Shown: in pieces, positions 1 to 9,782 of the stretch | Layout: each line of letters starts with the position of its first letter | How positions within the stretch are numbered: the first letter of the stretch is position 1 | Assembly: GCA_031548835.1 (NCBI GenBank) | Contig: JAVBQS010000001.1 | Span: 1 to 44,054 of the forward strand | Reading direction: 5' to 3' | Source: Spirochaetia bacterium | GTDB taxonomy: Bacteria; Spirochaetota; Spirochaetia; CADAEX01 | DNA length: 44,054 bases | Program-made: the position numbers and the translations under genes | The notes under the pieces: generated by a model | What the model saw: the letters and a program-made list of their open reading frames with translations, nothing else | Told to the model about the DNA's origin: nothing | Database searches by the model: none

Positions 1-470
1 TTCGTATTCCGCTGCTTCGGCCCTTCCACAAATGTTGCGTCTACGATACTTCCTCTGTAACTGATTATTTTCTTTTCCTCCAGTTGTTGCACAAAGCGGT
101 AGAACAGGGTATCCAATACCCCGCCGCTGCTCAACTGTTCCAGGAAGTGCCAGATCGTTTTCGCATCAGGAACGCTGTCTCCTAACGAAAGTCTTAAGAA
201 TCGTTGAAAACTCAAACGGTCTTTGACCTGATACTCTGTCTGGTCATCACTTATATTATACAGTTTCTGCAATATCAGTATTTTCATCATCATCACATAA
301 TCATAGGCAGACCGCCCTCAAGGTTCTTTGGCTTCCCGGGTAAATGCTTTTTTAAGCGGGATCCGGAATATTTCCCAATTCACATATTTGTTTAACTTTT
401 CCAGCGGATCTCCCAATTTACTCAATTCCGCTAATCGGTCTGTTTCGTCAAAGAATCCATTTTGTTTCAT
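1..470 (-). pseudogene. IS5-family DDE transposase, 5' part, with in-frame TGA
   Basis: Manual translation from ATG 470: MKQNGFFDETDRLAELSKLGDPLEKLNKYVNWEIFR...[44 protein letters not shown]...VPDAKTIWHF...GSIVDATFVEGPKQRNT. The stop is at 320-318. Confidence 0.88.
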
Positions 471-513
471 TCTTCTATTTTATCATACTTTTGATTGAGT
501 TTTTAGAAGTGCC
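1..513 (-). mobile_element. IS5-family insertion sequence, left end (runs off the window)
   Basis: Putative terminal inverted repeat GGCACTTCTAAAAACTC (513-497, minus strand) upstream of a transposase frame. The adjacent CTAA (514-517) fits the YTAR target of IS5-type elements. The right end is outside the window. Confidence 0.8.
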
Positions 514-517
514 CTAA

Positions 518-766
518 TTATTTTTTCTCGTGATATTCCATTCCCATATAAATATTTCCTGCTTTAAGTTCCCTAATCATCTGTTCAAGACGTTTTATGC
601 GCGCATCTTCAAGTTCAGATCCCACAATCCAGTCAAGATAATCTGTCTGTTGATAAAGCGGACGTGTATGGAATTTTTTCATCAGTTTATTTTTATCAAG
701 AGCTTGTTTAATATAATCAGGCATCGGGTTTGATGATAAGTGTTTTTTTGGACCTGAAATATTCAT
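518..766 (-). CDS. YdeI/OmpD-associated (OmdA) family protein
   Basis: PDYIKQAL...F...YQQTDYLDWI......RIKRLEQMIREL pattern; 82 aa. Confidence 0.75.
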   Translation of the reverse strand: MNISGPKKHLSSNPMPDYIKQALDKNKLMKKFHTRPLYQQTDYLDWIVGSELEDARIKRLEQMIRELKAGNIYMGMEYHEKK

Positions 767-769
767 AGA

Positions 770-1186
770 TTATATCTCCTTATTTTCCTGTACTGTAAAC
801 ATCCAGTTAATACCGAATTTATCCTGTAAAGAACCGTGGAGTAACGCAAAGAAAGAAGGCTGCAGTTCCATATAAATTTTACCATCTTTTTTTAATATAT
901 CCCAAGCTTTCTTAACCATTTTTTTATCCGAGGTGGTAACAGTAACATACATATTGTTTCCGCTTGCCATTCCATCGATGCTGTCTGCACACATAAGTTC
1001 TCCATTATCAAATTTAAACCTGGCATGCAAAATCAGATTTTTATCTTCATCCTCTATTGGAAAATCAGGATTTACAGGCATATCTGAATATTTTTGAATT
1101 TCAACTATTTCTGCATGTAATGCTTTTTCATATATATTAAGAGCTTCCTGACAATTTTTATTAAACATTAGATAATTTCCAACCAT
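770..1186 (-). CDS. VOC family (PhnB-like) protein
   Basis: YLMFNKNCQEALNIY, ILHARF, LMCAD and LQDKFGINWM motifs. Confidence 0.88.
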   Translation of the reverse strand: MVGNYLMFNKNCQEALNIYEKALHAEIVEIQKYSDMPVNPDFPIEDEDKNLILHARFKFDNGELMCADSIDGMASGNNMYVTVTTSDKKMVKKAWDILKKDGKIYMELQPSFFALLHGSLQDKFGINWMFTVQENKEI

Positions 1187-1411
1187 TTTTTCTCCCGACT
1201 TTTTAAGAAAGATATTTTAATACATTTTTTACACAAAACAGCTATAATGCAAAAAATCTGCCATTATTTTTTTATAAAATATAAATTAAAATAAACTATG
1301 GCAGATATCATATAAAATTATAGTAAAGAGGAACAATAATTACAAATTTTTTAATTTTTATTAATAGTGAAAAAAGATTTATCTATAATAAAATTCAAGG
1401 AGATAATTAAA

Positions 1412-1873
1412 ATGGCAAGAAAAACATTTAACGAAAAACTGAATGACAGCAAGAATATGCCTGTTGTTGAAACTATAACAGATCCAAAATCAATAACCCG
1501 CTATGGAGGAAAACAGATGCTTCTTGCTCCTCCTATTGAATATGATGAAATTATGAAAAAAATACCAAATGGCAAACTTATAACAGCAGACCGCATACGC
1601 AATTATCTTGCAAAAAAGTATAAAGCAGATTTTACATGCCCGTTAACAGCAGGAATTTTTATCAATATTGCTGCGCATGCAAGCGATGAGAGAAACAAGG
1701 ATATAACCCCATATTGGCGCACTTTAAGAAAAGACGGCGAACTTAATGAAAAATATCCGGGAGGAATTGATGGGCAAAAACTTTTACTGGAAAAAGAAGG
1801 GCATATAATAATACAAAAAGGAAAACGCTTTTTTGTATCTGATTATGAGAAAAAGCTTTTTGATCTCAAATAA
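1412..1873 (+). CDS. MGMT/alkyltransferase-like DNA-binding family protein
   Basis: IPNGKLIT...CPLTAGIF...PYWRTL...GELN motifs. Start moved to ATG 1412, after the AAGGAG RBS. Confidence 0.75.
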   Translation: MARKTFNEKLNDSKNMPVVETITDPKSITRYGGKQMLLAPPIEYDEIMKKIPNGKLITADRIRNYLAKKYKADFTCPLTAGIFINIAAHASDERNKDITPYWRTLRKDGELNEKYPGGIDGQKLLLEKEGHIIIQKGKRFFVSDYEKKLFDLK

Positions 1874-2156
1874 TCAAAATCAAGCATTTGCTTTTTGACA
1901 TGGTTTCCTTTGTATCAGGATAAAGTCTATATCCCCCAGAATATCTGTGTATCAAGTGGCTGATTTTAAAAAAGAGGCTGCCTTGCAACAACAATTGACA
2001 TAGCCAGTTTGAATTTTTAAAAGTCATAAGAGCTCCGCCGCCGGGATGATTTCTGGTAAAGCTTTGAATATAATTAAAAAATTCAGAATTATTATTTATG
2101 GTAATTGTAACAGAAAAAGGTTTTCTTTTTATCTTACTTTTACTTGCTTTTGCCAT
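1866..2156 (-). pseudogene. Degraded oleate hydratase (myosin-cross-reactive antigen) fragment
   Basis: Stitching frames gives GGGALMTFKNSNWL/MSIVVARQPLF*NQPLDTQIFWG/YRLYPDT/KGNHVKKQMLD, which matches an internal MCRA-family segment. Several frameshifts and a stop. Confidence 0.75.
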
Positions 2157-2470
2157 ATTTTAACTCCTTTTCATTTTATTATGGATTTGTTATTGCAAAA
2201 AATAATTGTCCACAAAATGCTATAACTATTTTAATTTGATAAAGCTAATACTCATTTGCTTTATCAAATCATTTATAAGATTTCTACTCTTTATTGCTTT
2301 TATAATTTTTAGATATGAAATTCTCGACAGCCTATATTTACTATCAGCATATGACATTGCAAGATGCTAAATTTATAAAAAATATGAAATGCTTTTTTGT
2401 AGCTCCTGTGATATAATGACTGGCTAAATTAAAAAATATTATCTATTCGGATGCCGCAGGAGTTTTCTAT

Positions 2471-5400
2471 ATGGGGGGAAGTAAAACACTCTCGTTAAGG
2501 TTGATTGTTATCATGCTTATAGGAATAAGTATGATAATTTTCATTTCACTTTTTTTCTTTATTTTTTACAATACTATGCCTAAAATGCTGTTACAGTCAG
2601 AAGATAGGTACCTGGAAAAACAGCTTGATGTTGTTGAGGGTCTGCTGGAATCTTCATTTCATACTATGCATAAAATGGCTGCTGATGTTGGAATTTGGGA
2701 AGAGCCTGTAAAATTTGTAGAAGGAAAAAATCCTGACTTTATAAAAAACAACTGGCCTGACCATTCTATACTGGATAATTATGGATTTGATTTTATAATT
2801 ATTAAAGATATAAAAGGAAAAGATCTATATATTGAATTCAGCGATTATATGACAGATAAAAAAATTATGCTGCTATCTGATTTAAGTTCTGCTATCAACA
2901 GAATATCAGAAGCTGTTTTAAAAATATATGATAATTTTCAGATTGATAATACAGCAGTTGAACAGCTTGGAAAAGGCGGCATTCTTTTTTATAAAGGTGT
3001 TCCTTATGGTATTGTAACAATGCCTATAATGGAATCCCGCATGTCAGGCAATCCTGTAGGAACAGTTACTCTTGGAAGTATTATGGATAATCAATATTTC
3101 AGAGAGCTAACCCATTATGAAACAATTTCATTTGAACTTATTTCATCGCCTGCCTTAACAATAATTGAACTTCCAAGAATAGCAAGAGAACAAAAAAATA
3201 TTATATCTACCTCAATGCCGCTGAAAGATATAATTGGAAATCCAATTATATTAAGAATGAGCGATAACAGGATTATATATACAGAAGGCCAGAATATTCT
3301 TGACAGAACATCTCTTATGCTGGTCTTATCAGTATCTTTTTTTATTCTTATTCTATATTTTATTGTAGTAAACCTTATTTTACATCCTATTGAAAAATTA
3401 AGTAAAGATATCAGCAATATAGCATCTGACAGCAAAGTTGATATAAAAAAATACTCAAACAACAAGGAATTTAAAACATTAGCTTTTTCAATAAATGAAA
3501 TGCTTGATAAAGTTAAACAGTCAAATATTTCGATAAATGTTTTTAAAAGTATTTTAAACGGCATGGATGCATATATATATGTATCAGATCCGGAGAATGA
3601 TGAAATACTTTTTATCAATGATAAGATGGCTGCACATTTTAATGCTAATAATGCTGTAGGAAAAATTTGCTGGCAGGTTTTACAGTCTGGGCAAACAAAA
3701 CGCTGCGGCTTCTGCCCTATACACAAGCTTTCAAAAAATTCCGATCTTACTGTTATCTGGGAAGAAAAAAATACAGTTACGGGACGTTACTATACAAATA
3801 CAGATGTATTTATAGAATGGGCTGATAAACGAAAAGTTCATCTTCAGCATTCAATTGATACTACTGATATTAAAATTGTAGAAAATTCCCTTAAAAAACA
3901 GCTCCAGCAGCAAGAGCTTATGGCTGCAATGTCGCAGAGTTTTATTTCTCCTTTAAATACAGAATTATTAATTAATAACGCCTTGCGTATGGCCGGAGAA
4001 TTCATGAATGTTGGTAAAATAATGATGTCACGTTTAAATACCGTAACCCAGACTCTTGACCAGCATTTTGAATGGCATAATGAAAAAGAATTAAGTATAA
4101 AATCTGAAAAAACAATTATACCATTTCATGAAGGAACAGTTGAATATGATGGTTTTATGATGCAAAAACTTTCCTACCTTGCTTTTGACAATATACTTGA
4201 AATTGAAAAATTTGCAAAAGCAATCAATATGGGGATAAATGCTCTTCTTTGTATTCCTTTATATGTTTCAGGTTCTTTCTGGGGAATGCTTAGTTTCGAA
4301 GAATATAATAACACAAGAATGTGGAGCGGAAGCGAGATTCAGCTGGTAAAACTTATAGGAACTGTAATTTCAGGCGTTCTTGAACGCAATATAACAGAAG
4401 AAAAACTAATACGTATGTCATCAATTGCCAACAGTTCTCCCCAGTTTATTTGCTATATAAATACAGACGGCAGTTTTGAATATTTCAATCCCGGCGGTTT
4501 AAAATTACTGGGATATACAGCAGAGGATTTTACAGGTAAAGATATTTCAGTAATTTTATCAGAAGAAAATTTCCAATATTTAAAAAATACAATTATTCCA
4601 TTTATTCTTCAAAATGGGAAAGAAAATTTTGAACTGCCTGTTATAACAAAAACAGGAGAAACACGCCTTCTTTTATTTTCTTTATTCAGAACCAATTTTA
4701 AGACTGCAGGAATAGGAATAATAGCGCGCGATATAACAGACAAAAGGCAGCTTGAATTAGATCTTGTTAAAGCAAAAGAACAGGCAGAAAGGTCAAGCCG
4801 GGCAAAAAGCGAATTTTTGTCAAGAATGAGTCATGAAATGCGGACTCCAATGAATGCAATTATAGGCATGACAAATATTGCAAAATCTTCAAAAGAGGCA
4901 GAAAAAAAAGGATATTGCCTTGATAAAATTGAAGATGCATCAAAACATCTTTTGGGAGTAATTAATGATATTCTTGATATGTCTAAAATTGAATCAGGTA
5001 AATTTGAAATAACATATGCTGAATTTAATTTTGAAAAAATGTTAATGCGTGTTATTGATATAGTTAATTTCAGGATAAATGAAAAAAATCAGAATCTTAT
5101 TGTAAATATAGATACAGATATTCCTCATGTTATTATATCAGACGAACAGCGGCTAACGCAAGTTATAACAAACCTGCTGTCAAACGCTGTAAAATTCACT
5201 CCTGAAAAGGGAACAATTACTCTTAATGTTCACAAGATATATGAGAAAGATAACTACTATACTTTTCAAATTGAAGTTATTGACACAGGCATTGGCATTT
5301 CAAAAAAGCAGCAGGAAAATCTGTTCCGTTATTTTGAACAGGCTGACGGCGGCATTTCCAGAAAATTCGGAGGAACAGGCCTTGGCCTTGCAATTTCAAA

Positions 5401-6346
5401 AAGTATTATAGAACTTATGGATGGAGAGATTTGGGTAGAATCAGATATTGCGCAGGGTGCCAGATTTATTTTTAAAATTAATGTTGAAAAAGGTATCTAT
5501 TTAAAAGAAAGTATTTCAAAGCAGGATATAGACTGGAAAAACATACGAATTCTTGTTGTAGATGATGCGCCGGAAGTACTTGAATATTTTATATCATTTG
5601 CAAATTCACAGGGAATTTACTGCGATGCTGCATCAAGCGGATTCGAAGCATTAAAAATAATTGATAAAAATAATAATTCTCCTTTTAATATTATTTTTAT
5701 TGATTGGAAAATGCCTGAAATGAACGGGATTGAATTAACAAAAAAAATTAAGAGTATGTTTGGCCCAAACACTGTAATAATTATGATTTCATCAACTGAG
5801 TGGAATGAAATTGAAAATGAAGCAAAAGCTGCCGGCGTTGACGGATTTATTCCCAAGCCTCTTTTTCCTTCCTTAATTGTAAACTGTATTAATGACTTTT
5901 TTAGCTTAAAAAAGAATTCTACAGAAAAAAAAGAAATTTCTTCAGAAGAAAAATATACAGGAATATTTAAAGATTTTAAACTGCTGCTTGTAGAAGATGT
6001 TGATGTAAACCGGGAGATTGTATCTGCTCTTCTTGAAGAAACCGGCGTTAAAATTGATTATGCAGAAAACGGGGCAGAAGCTGTGCAAATATTTAGAGAT
6101 AATCCTTCTTTATATAATCTTATTTTAATGGATATTCATATGCCTGAAATGGATGGATTTGAAGCAACCAGACAAATAAGAAAACTTAGAGATCATAAAG
6201 CAAAAACAGTTCCTATTATAGCAATGACTGCAAATGTTTTTAAAGAAGATATTGAAAAATGTTTACAGACAGGAATGAACGATCACATTAGCAAGCCTAT
6301 AGATATGGAAGATGTTTTTTATAAATTAAAAAAATATCTGCTTTAA
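2471..6346 (+). CDS. Membrane hybrid sensor histidine kinase (CHASE4-HAMP-PAS-GAF-PAS-HisKA-HATPase-REC-REC)
   Basis: Two TM helices flanking a CHASE4-like region; H-box SHEMRTPMN; NLLSNAVKF; GGTGLGL; receivers FIDWKMP and LMDIHMP. Confidence 0.92.
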   Translation: MGGSKTLSLRLIVIMLIGISMIIFISLFFFIFYNTMPKMLLQSEDRYLEKQLDVVEGLLESSFHTMHKMAADVGIWEEPVKFVEGKNPDFIKNNWPDHSILDNYGFDFIIIKDIKGKDLYIEFSDYMTDKKIMLLSDLSSAINRISEAVLKIYDNFQIDNTAVEQLGKGGILFYKGVPYGIVTMPIMESRMSGNPVGTVTLGSIMDNQYFRELTHYETISFELISSPALTIIELPRIAREQKNIISTSMPLKDIIGNPIILRMSDNRIIYTEGQNILDRTSLMLVLSVSFFILILYFIVVNLILHPIEKLSKDISNIASDSKVDIKKYSNNKEFKTLAFSINEMLDKVKQSNISINVFKSILNGMDAYIYVSDPENDEILFINDKMAAHFNANNAVGKICWQVLQSGQTKRCGFCPIHKLSKNSDLTVIWEEKNTVTGRYYTNTDVFIEWADKRKVHLQHSIDTTDIKIVENSLKKQLQQQELMAAMSQSFISPLNTELLINNALRMAGEFMNVGKIMMSRLNTVTQTLDQHFEWHNEKELSIKSEKTIIPFHEGTVEYDGFMMQKLSYLAFDNILEIEKFAKAINMGINALLCIPLYVSGSFWGMLSFEEYNNTRMWSGSEIQLVKLIGTVISGVLERNITEEKLIRMSSIANSSPQFICYINTDGSFEYFNPGGLKLLGYTAEDFTGKDISVILSEENFQYLKNTIIPFILQNGKENFELPVITKTGETRLLLFSLFRTNFKTAGIGIIARDITDKRQLELDLVKAKEQAERSSRAKSEFLSRMSHEMRTPMNAIIGMTNIAKSSKEAEKKGYCLDKIEDASKHLLGVINDILDMSKIESGKFEITYAEFNFEKMLMRVIDIVNFRINEKNQNLIVNIDTDIPHVIISDEQRLTQVITNLLSNAVKFTPEKGTITLNVHKIYEKDNYYTFQIEVIDTGIGISKKQQENLFRYFEQADGGISRKFGGTGLGLAISKSIIELMDGEIWVESDIAQGARFIFKINVEKGIYLKESISKQDIDWKNIRILVVDDAPEVLEYFISFANSQGIYCDAASSGFEALKIIDKNNNSPFNIIFIDWKMPEMNGIELTKKIKSMFGPNTVIIMISSTEWNEIENEAKAAGVDGFIPKPLFPSLIVNCINDFFSLKKNSTEKKEISSEEKYTGIFKDFKLLLVEDVDVNREIVSALLEETGVKIDYAENGAEAVQIFRDNPSLYNLILMDIHMPEMDGFEATRQIRKLRDHKAKTVPIIAMTANVFKEDIEKCLQTGMNDHISKPIDMEDVFYKLKKYLL

Positions 6347-6436
6347 TAACAGCCCTGTTTTAGAAAGAGCAGATATAGACTATGGCTGTATAATATTTTT
6401 AATATTTTATATACCAGAAACAAATAAAGCTAATCT

Positions 6437-7237
6437 TTATTTGCCGAAAAGAATACCCTGCTCCACAAGCTGCATATCTTTATTAAAGAAAGTACGGTAG
6501 CCGAACTCAAGCATTAAAATAACAGACAAAGCAACAGATCCCAGTATTCCAAGCATTATTGCAATCTGGTAAGCTATTGCAGTAGACGGGGCAGTTCCTG
6601 ATAATATCTGCCCTGTCATCATTCCAGGCAAAATTACAATCCCCATTCCAACCATTGAATTAATTGTAGGCATAATAGCAGCATCAAAAGAATTGTTTAT
6701 AATTGTTTTTACAGCTGCCTGAGGCGTTGCGCCGAGAATTAATGCTTCTTCAACAAGATTTTTCCTTGTAATAATTCCTTCCTGCAGAGAATTAATACCA
6801 AGAGATATTCCTGTCATAGAGTTTCCCATTAACATTCCTGAAATAGGAATAAAATATTGTGGATTATACCAGGGAGAAATTTGTATTACTATTAATAAAA
6901 AATAAAACAGGCAGACAAGAGTTCCTGCAGGCAGGGAAAAGGCAATTACAAATTTTAACTGTTTTGAAATTTTCCCCCTGAATTTTCTAAAAACTGTATA
7001 AATAGCAAATAGTTCCATTATTACTATTATCCCTATTGTTACCAATGCATTAGGATTTTTTAAAATAAATGTAAGAATATATCCAGCAAGCATAAGCTGC
7101 AAAGTCATTCTTATTGATGAAATAAAAATTTCTTTTTCTCTTTTTATTTCTCTTTTTTTTACAATAATAAGCAAAACTACTGCAAAAATATATGCAAATG
7201 CCAATTGAAGCATGGAAAGATTGATAATTCCATTCAC
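6437..7237 (-). CDS. fetB: Iron-export ABC transporter permease (UPF0014/YbbM)
   Basis: RMTLQL, PQYFIPISGMLMGNSM and GIVILPGMMTGQILSG motifs. Confidence 0.85.
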   Translation of the reverse strand: MNGIINLSMLQLAFAYIFAVVLLIIVKKREIKREKEIFISSIRMTLQLMLAGYILTFILKNPNALVTIGIIVIMELFAIYTVFRKFRGKISKQLKFVIAFSLPAGTLVCLFYFLLIVIQISPWYNPQYFIPISGMLMGNSMTGISLGINSLQEGIITRKNLVEEALILGATPQAAVKTIINNSFDAAIMPTINSMVGMGIVILPGMMTGQILSGTAPSTAIAYQIAIMLGILGSVALSVILMLEFGYRTFFNKDMQLVEQGILFGK

Positions 7238-7878
7238 TATCCTGCTCCTCCATAAATAGCTCCATTTATAATTTCAATAATATTATCAGAATACTTTTCT
7301 GCAATTGCTTTTGAATGAGTAACCATAATAATATCTTTTTTCCCGGATCTTGCATAATCAACAATCATATCAATAACAAGATTTGCAGTTTCATCATCAA
7401 GCGCAGATGACGGCTCATCCAGCAGGTAAACTTCAGGATCAAGCAGTAAAATTCTTCCCAGCGCAAGCCTCTGTTTTTCTCCCCCGGAAAGGTTTGCTAT
7501 ACTGCTATCAAGAGGTTTTTCAAGTTTTACTTTTTTTAATGTTGCCTCAAGCAAATTATCATCCGGTAAAAATTTATTCTGGAATTTAACTCCCGCCAAA
7601 AGATTGTCTTTTATATTGCTTTCAAAAATTGCAGGATTTTGGGAAAGCATAACAATTTTTCTTCTATGCAAAACTGCATCAGAATCTTTAATATCAAAAC
7701 CTTTATATAAAATCTTTCCTTCTGTAGGAGAAAGCATTTTATTCATTATTTTTAACAAGGCTGTTTTTCCGCTCCCGCTTCGGCCTGTTATTGCAGTGAT
7801 TTCTCCTTTATTAATTTTGAGAGAAGGAATATCAAGCACCCCTTTATATTTGATATTTTCAAATTCAAAAAGCACCAT
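7237..7878 (-). CDS. fetA: ABC transporter ATP-binding protein (FetA/YbbL-like)
   Basis: Walker A GRSGSGKT, LSGGEKQR, LLDEPSS. Start at ATG 7878 after GAGG. Translationally coupled to fetB. Confidence 0.8.
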   Translation of the reverse strand: MVLFEFENIKYKGVLDIPSLKINKGEITAITGRSGSGKTALLKIMNKMLSPTEGKILYKGFDIKDSDAVLHRRKIVMLSQNPAIFESNIKDNLLAGVKFQNKFLPDDNLLEATLKKVKLEKPLDSSIANLSGGEKQRLALGRILLLDPEVYLLDEPSSALDDETANLVIDMIVDYARSGKKDIIMVTHSKAIAEKYSDNIIEIINGAIYGGAG

Positions 7879-8127
7879 AAATAAAAACCTCTTATCAATA
7901 TACAATTAACCAGAGAAATAAACTTTAAATTTTATATCAAAAATACCAGCGTTGCAGAATATATTGATTTTATCATAGAGAAAAATAAAACAATACTTTT
8001 AAATATTTTTTTTTATAATTTATAAATAATAAAAAATAAATAATTTTACTAAAAAGATAAATATGCTATAATGATTTTTATAAATTTATAGGTATAAAAA
8101 CTTGATTTAAAAAAGGAGAAGTTTGTT

Positions 8128-8493
8128 GTGGAGAATCAGGAAGATAATGAAATTCTGAAAAAATATATAGATATTGATACAGCGCTATCCAGAGTGCGCG
8201 GTAACAAGGTTATTTATAAAAAAATGCTGGGAATGTTTTTACAAAGCAATTCATTTGCAGATCTGGAAAATTGCCTCTCACAAAAAGATTATTCAAAAGC
8301 TTCAGAAGTTGCCCATGGAATAAAAGGAATGACTGGAAATTTGGGAATGGACATGCTTTTTAATGAAAGCGCAAAATTAATGGTACAACTCCGCGCAGGT
8401 GCGCCTGATGAGCAAACTTTAAAAAACTATAGGGAAGCTCTTATAAAAACCCGCGATTATGCAGAAAAAATGTCTGCTCAGTTTAGCTCCTGA
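8128..8493 (+). CDS. Stand-alone Hpt phosphotransfer protein
   Basis: AHGIKGMTGNLG motif; AAGGAG RBS before GTG. Confidence 0.9.
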   Translation: MENQEDNEILKKYIDIDTALSRVRGNKVIYKKMLGMFLQSNSFADLENCLSQKDYSKASEVAHGIKGMTGNLGMDMLFNESAKLMVQLRAGAPDEQTLKNYREALIKTRDYAEKMSAQFSS

Positions 8494-8608
8494 TAAAATA
8501 AATTATTTATTTTTGGCAGAATATAGTAATCACTTTTAAATATATCTTATCAATATTTTTAAGAGATTAATAGAATATTTTTTTCAAATATTAAAAATAA
8601 GATAACTC

Positions 8609-8646
8609 AAATCCTGTTTATTATAAAAATAATATAAACAGGATTT
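8609..8646. terminator. Hairpin between convergent genes, putative bidirectional terminator
   Basis: AAATCCTGTTTAT ... ATAAACAGGATTT, a perfect 13-bp inverted repeat. Confidence 0.6.
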
Positions 8647-8665
8647 ATATAAAATTTTCTATATT

Positions 8666-9727
8666 TTATCTGTCAGGAAGCTGGACTTTGCCGCATAGTA
8701 TATCTTTAATACTTACAAGACAATCAAGAAATTTTGGATTAAATACTCCGCATTCGCCATTTAATATCATTTTTATTGCTTCTTCATTGGAATAAGCATC
8801 TTTGTAAACTCTTTTTGATGTAAGCGCATCATAAACATCTGCAAGAGATGTAGCTTGCGCCCAAACCGGAATAGCATCTCCCTTAAGGCCGTCTGGATAA
8901 CCTCTTCCATCCCATCTTTCATGATGATGGCGGCATACATCATAACAGTAAGTAAAATATTCCTGATCCTGCATATAGTTCAAACTGGAAAGAATTTCGC
9001 ATCCCCTGATTGTGTGGGTTTTCATAATAGCAAACTCTTCTGAATTCAAAGGGCCTGGTTTTAACAGAATAGAGTCTGGTATTGCAATCTTTCCTATATC
9101 ATGCACTGCTGATGCATTGCCAATCATTTCAATCTCTTCAGGAGAAAGAGGATAATATTGGTTTGCTTTCTCAAGCAAAAGGTGAGTCAATACACGAATT
9201 CTTTTTATATGTTCGCCTGATTCAAAATTTCTGAACTCAACTGTTGTGCTAAGAGTATCAATAACAAACTGATTAGACTGCTTTAATCTTCTGGACTGTC
9301 TTTCAAGCTCTTCTTTTTGTTCCTTAAGCTTCTGCTCAAGATCTCTTTTATGGGAATAGAGATCAACAACATTGTTTACCCTGCGGTATACAATATCTGA
9401 GTTAAAAGGCTTTTTTATTAAATCAGAAACTCCAAGCTTATAGCCTAAAAGGCTTTTTTCATCATCATCTTCCCCTGTTATAAGAATAACAGGTATAGTT
9501 TGAATAATGCCGGAATTATTCATTATGCGTAGAACCTCAAATCCATCCATAACAGGCATTACAAGATCGAGTAAAACAATTGATATTTCTTCTTTATACT
9601 GATCAAGAAGATCTATTGCAGCACGGCCATTTTCAGCTTCCAACACATCAAATTGTCCGCTAAACAGGTCGGAAAGAATTATCCGGTTTATTTCAATATC
9701 ATCAACAACTAATAACTTTTTTTTCAT
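8666..9727 (-). CDS. Response regulator with HD-GYP c-di-GMP phosphodiesterase domain (RpfG-like)
   Basis: REC (VVDD, LLDLVMP), HDIGK, HHERWDGRGYPDGL, ADVYDAL. Confidence 0.93.
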   Translation of the reverse strand: MKKKLLVVDDIEINRIILSDLFSGQFDVLEAENGRAAIDLLDQYKEEISIVLLDLVMPVMDGFEVLRIMNNSGIIQTIPVILITGEDDDEKSLLGYKLGVSDLIKKPFNSDIVYRRVNNVVDLYSHKRDLEQKLKEQKEELERQSRRLKQSNQFVIDTLSTTVEFRNFESGEHIKRIRVLTHLLLEKANQYYPLSPEEIEMIGNASAVHDIGKIAIPDSILLKPGPLNSEEFAIMKTHTIRGCEILSSLNYMQDQEYFTYCYDVCRHHHERWDGRGYPDGLKGDAIPVWAQATSLADVYDALTSKRVYKDAYSNEEAIKMILNGECGVFNPKFLDCLVSIKDILCGKVQLPDR

Positions 9728-9782
9728 AGCCCAGAACTTTTATCCTCCGCCGAACAGGTATTATTCCCAGTTAAAAACTTTT

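Noticed and set aside
318-320. In-frame TGA at a Gly position as a sign of UGA recoding (genetic code 25)
   Set aside because: All long housekeeping genes are intact under code 11 with no internal TGA; a single nonsense mutation in an IS is simpler.
204-395. 63-aa plus-strand ORF
   Set aside because: Antisense shadow of the transposase pseudogene.
1256-1306. ATCTGCCAT/ATGGCAGAT inverted repeat in a divergent promoter region
   Set aside because: 9-bp arms with a long AT spacer; cannot be distinguished from chance or a relic hairpin.
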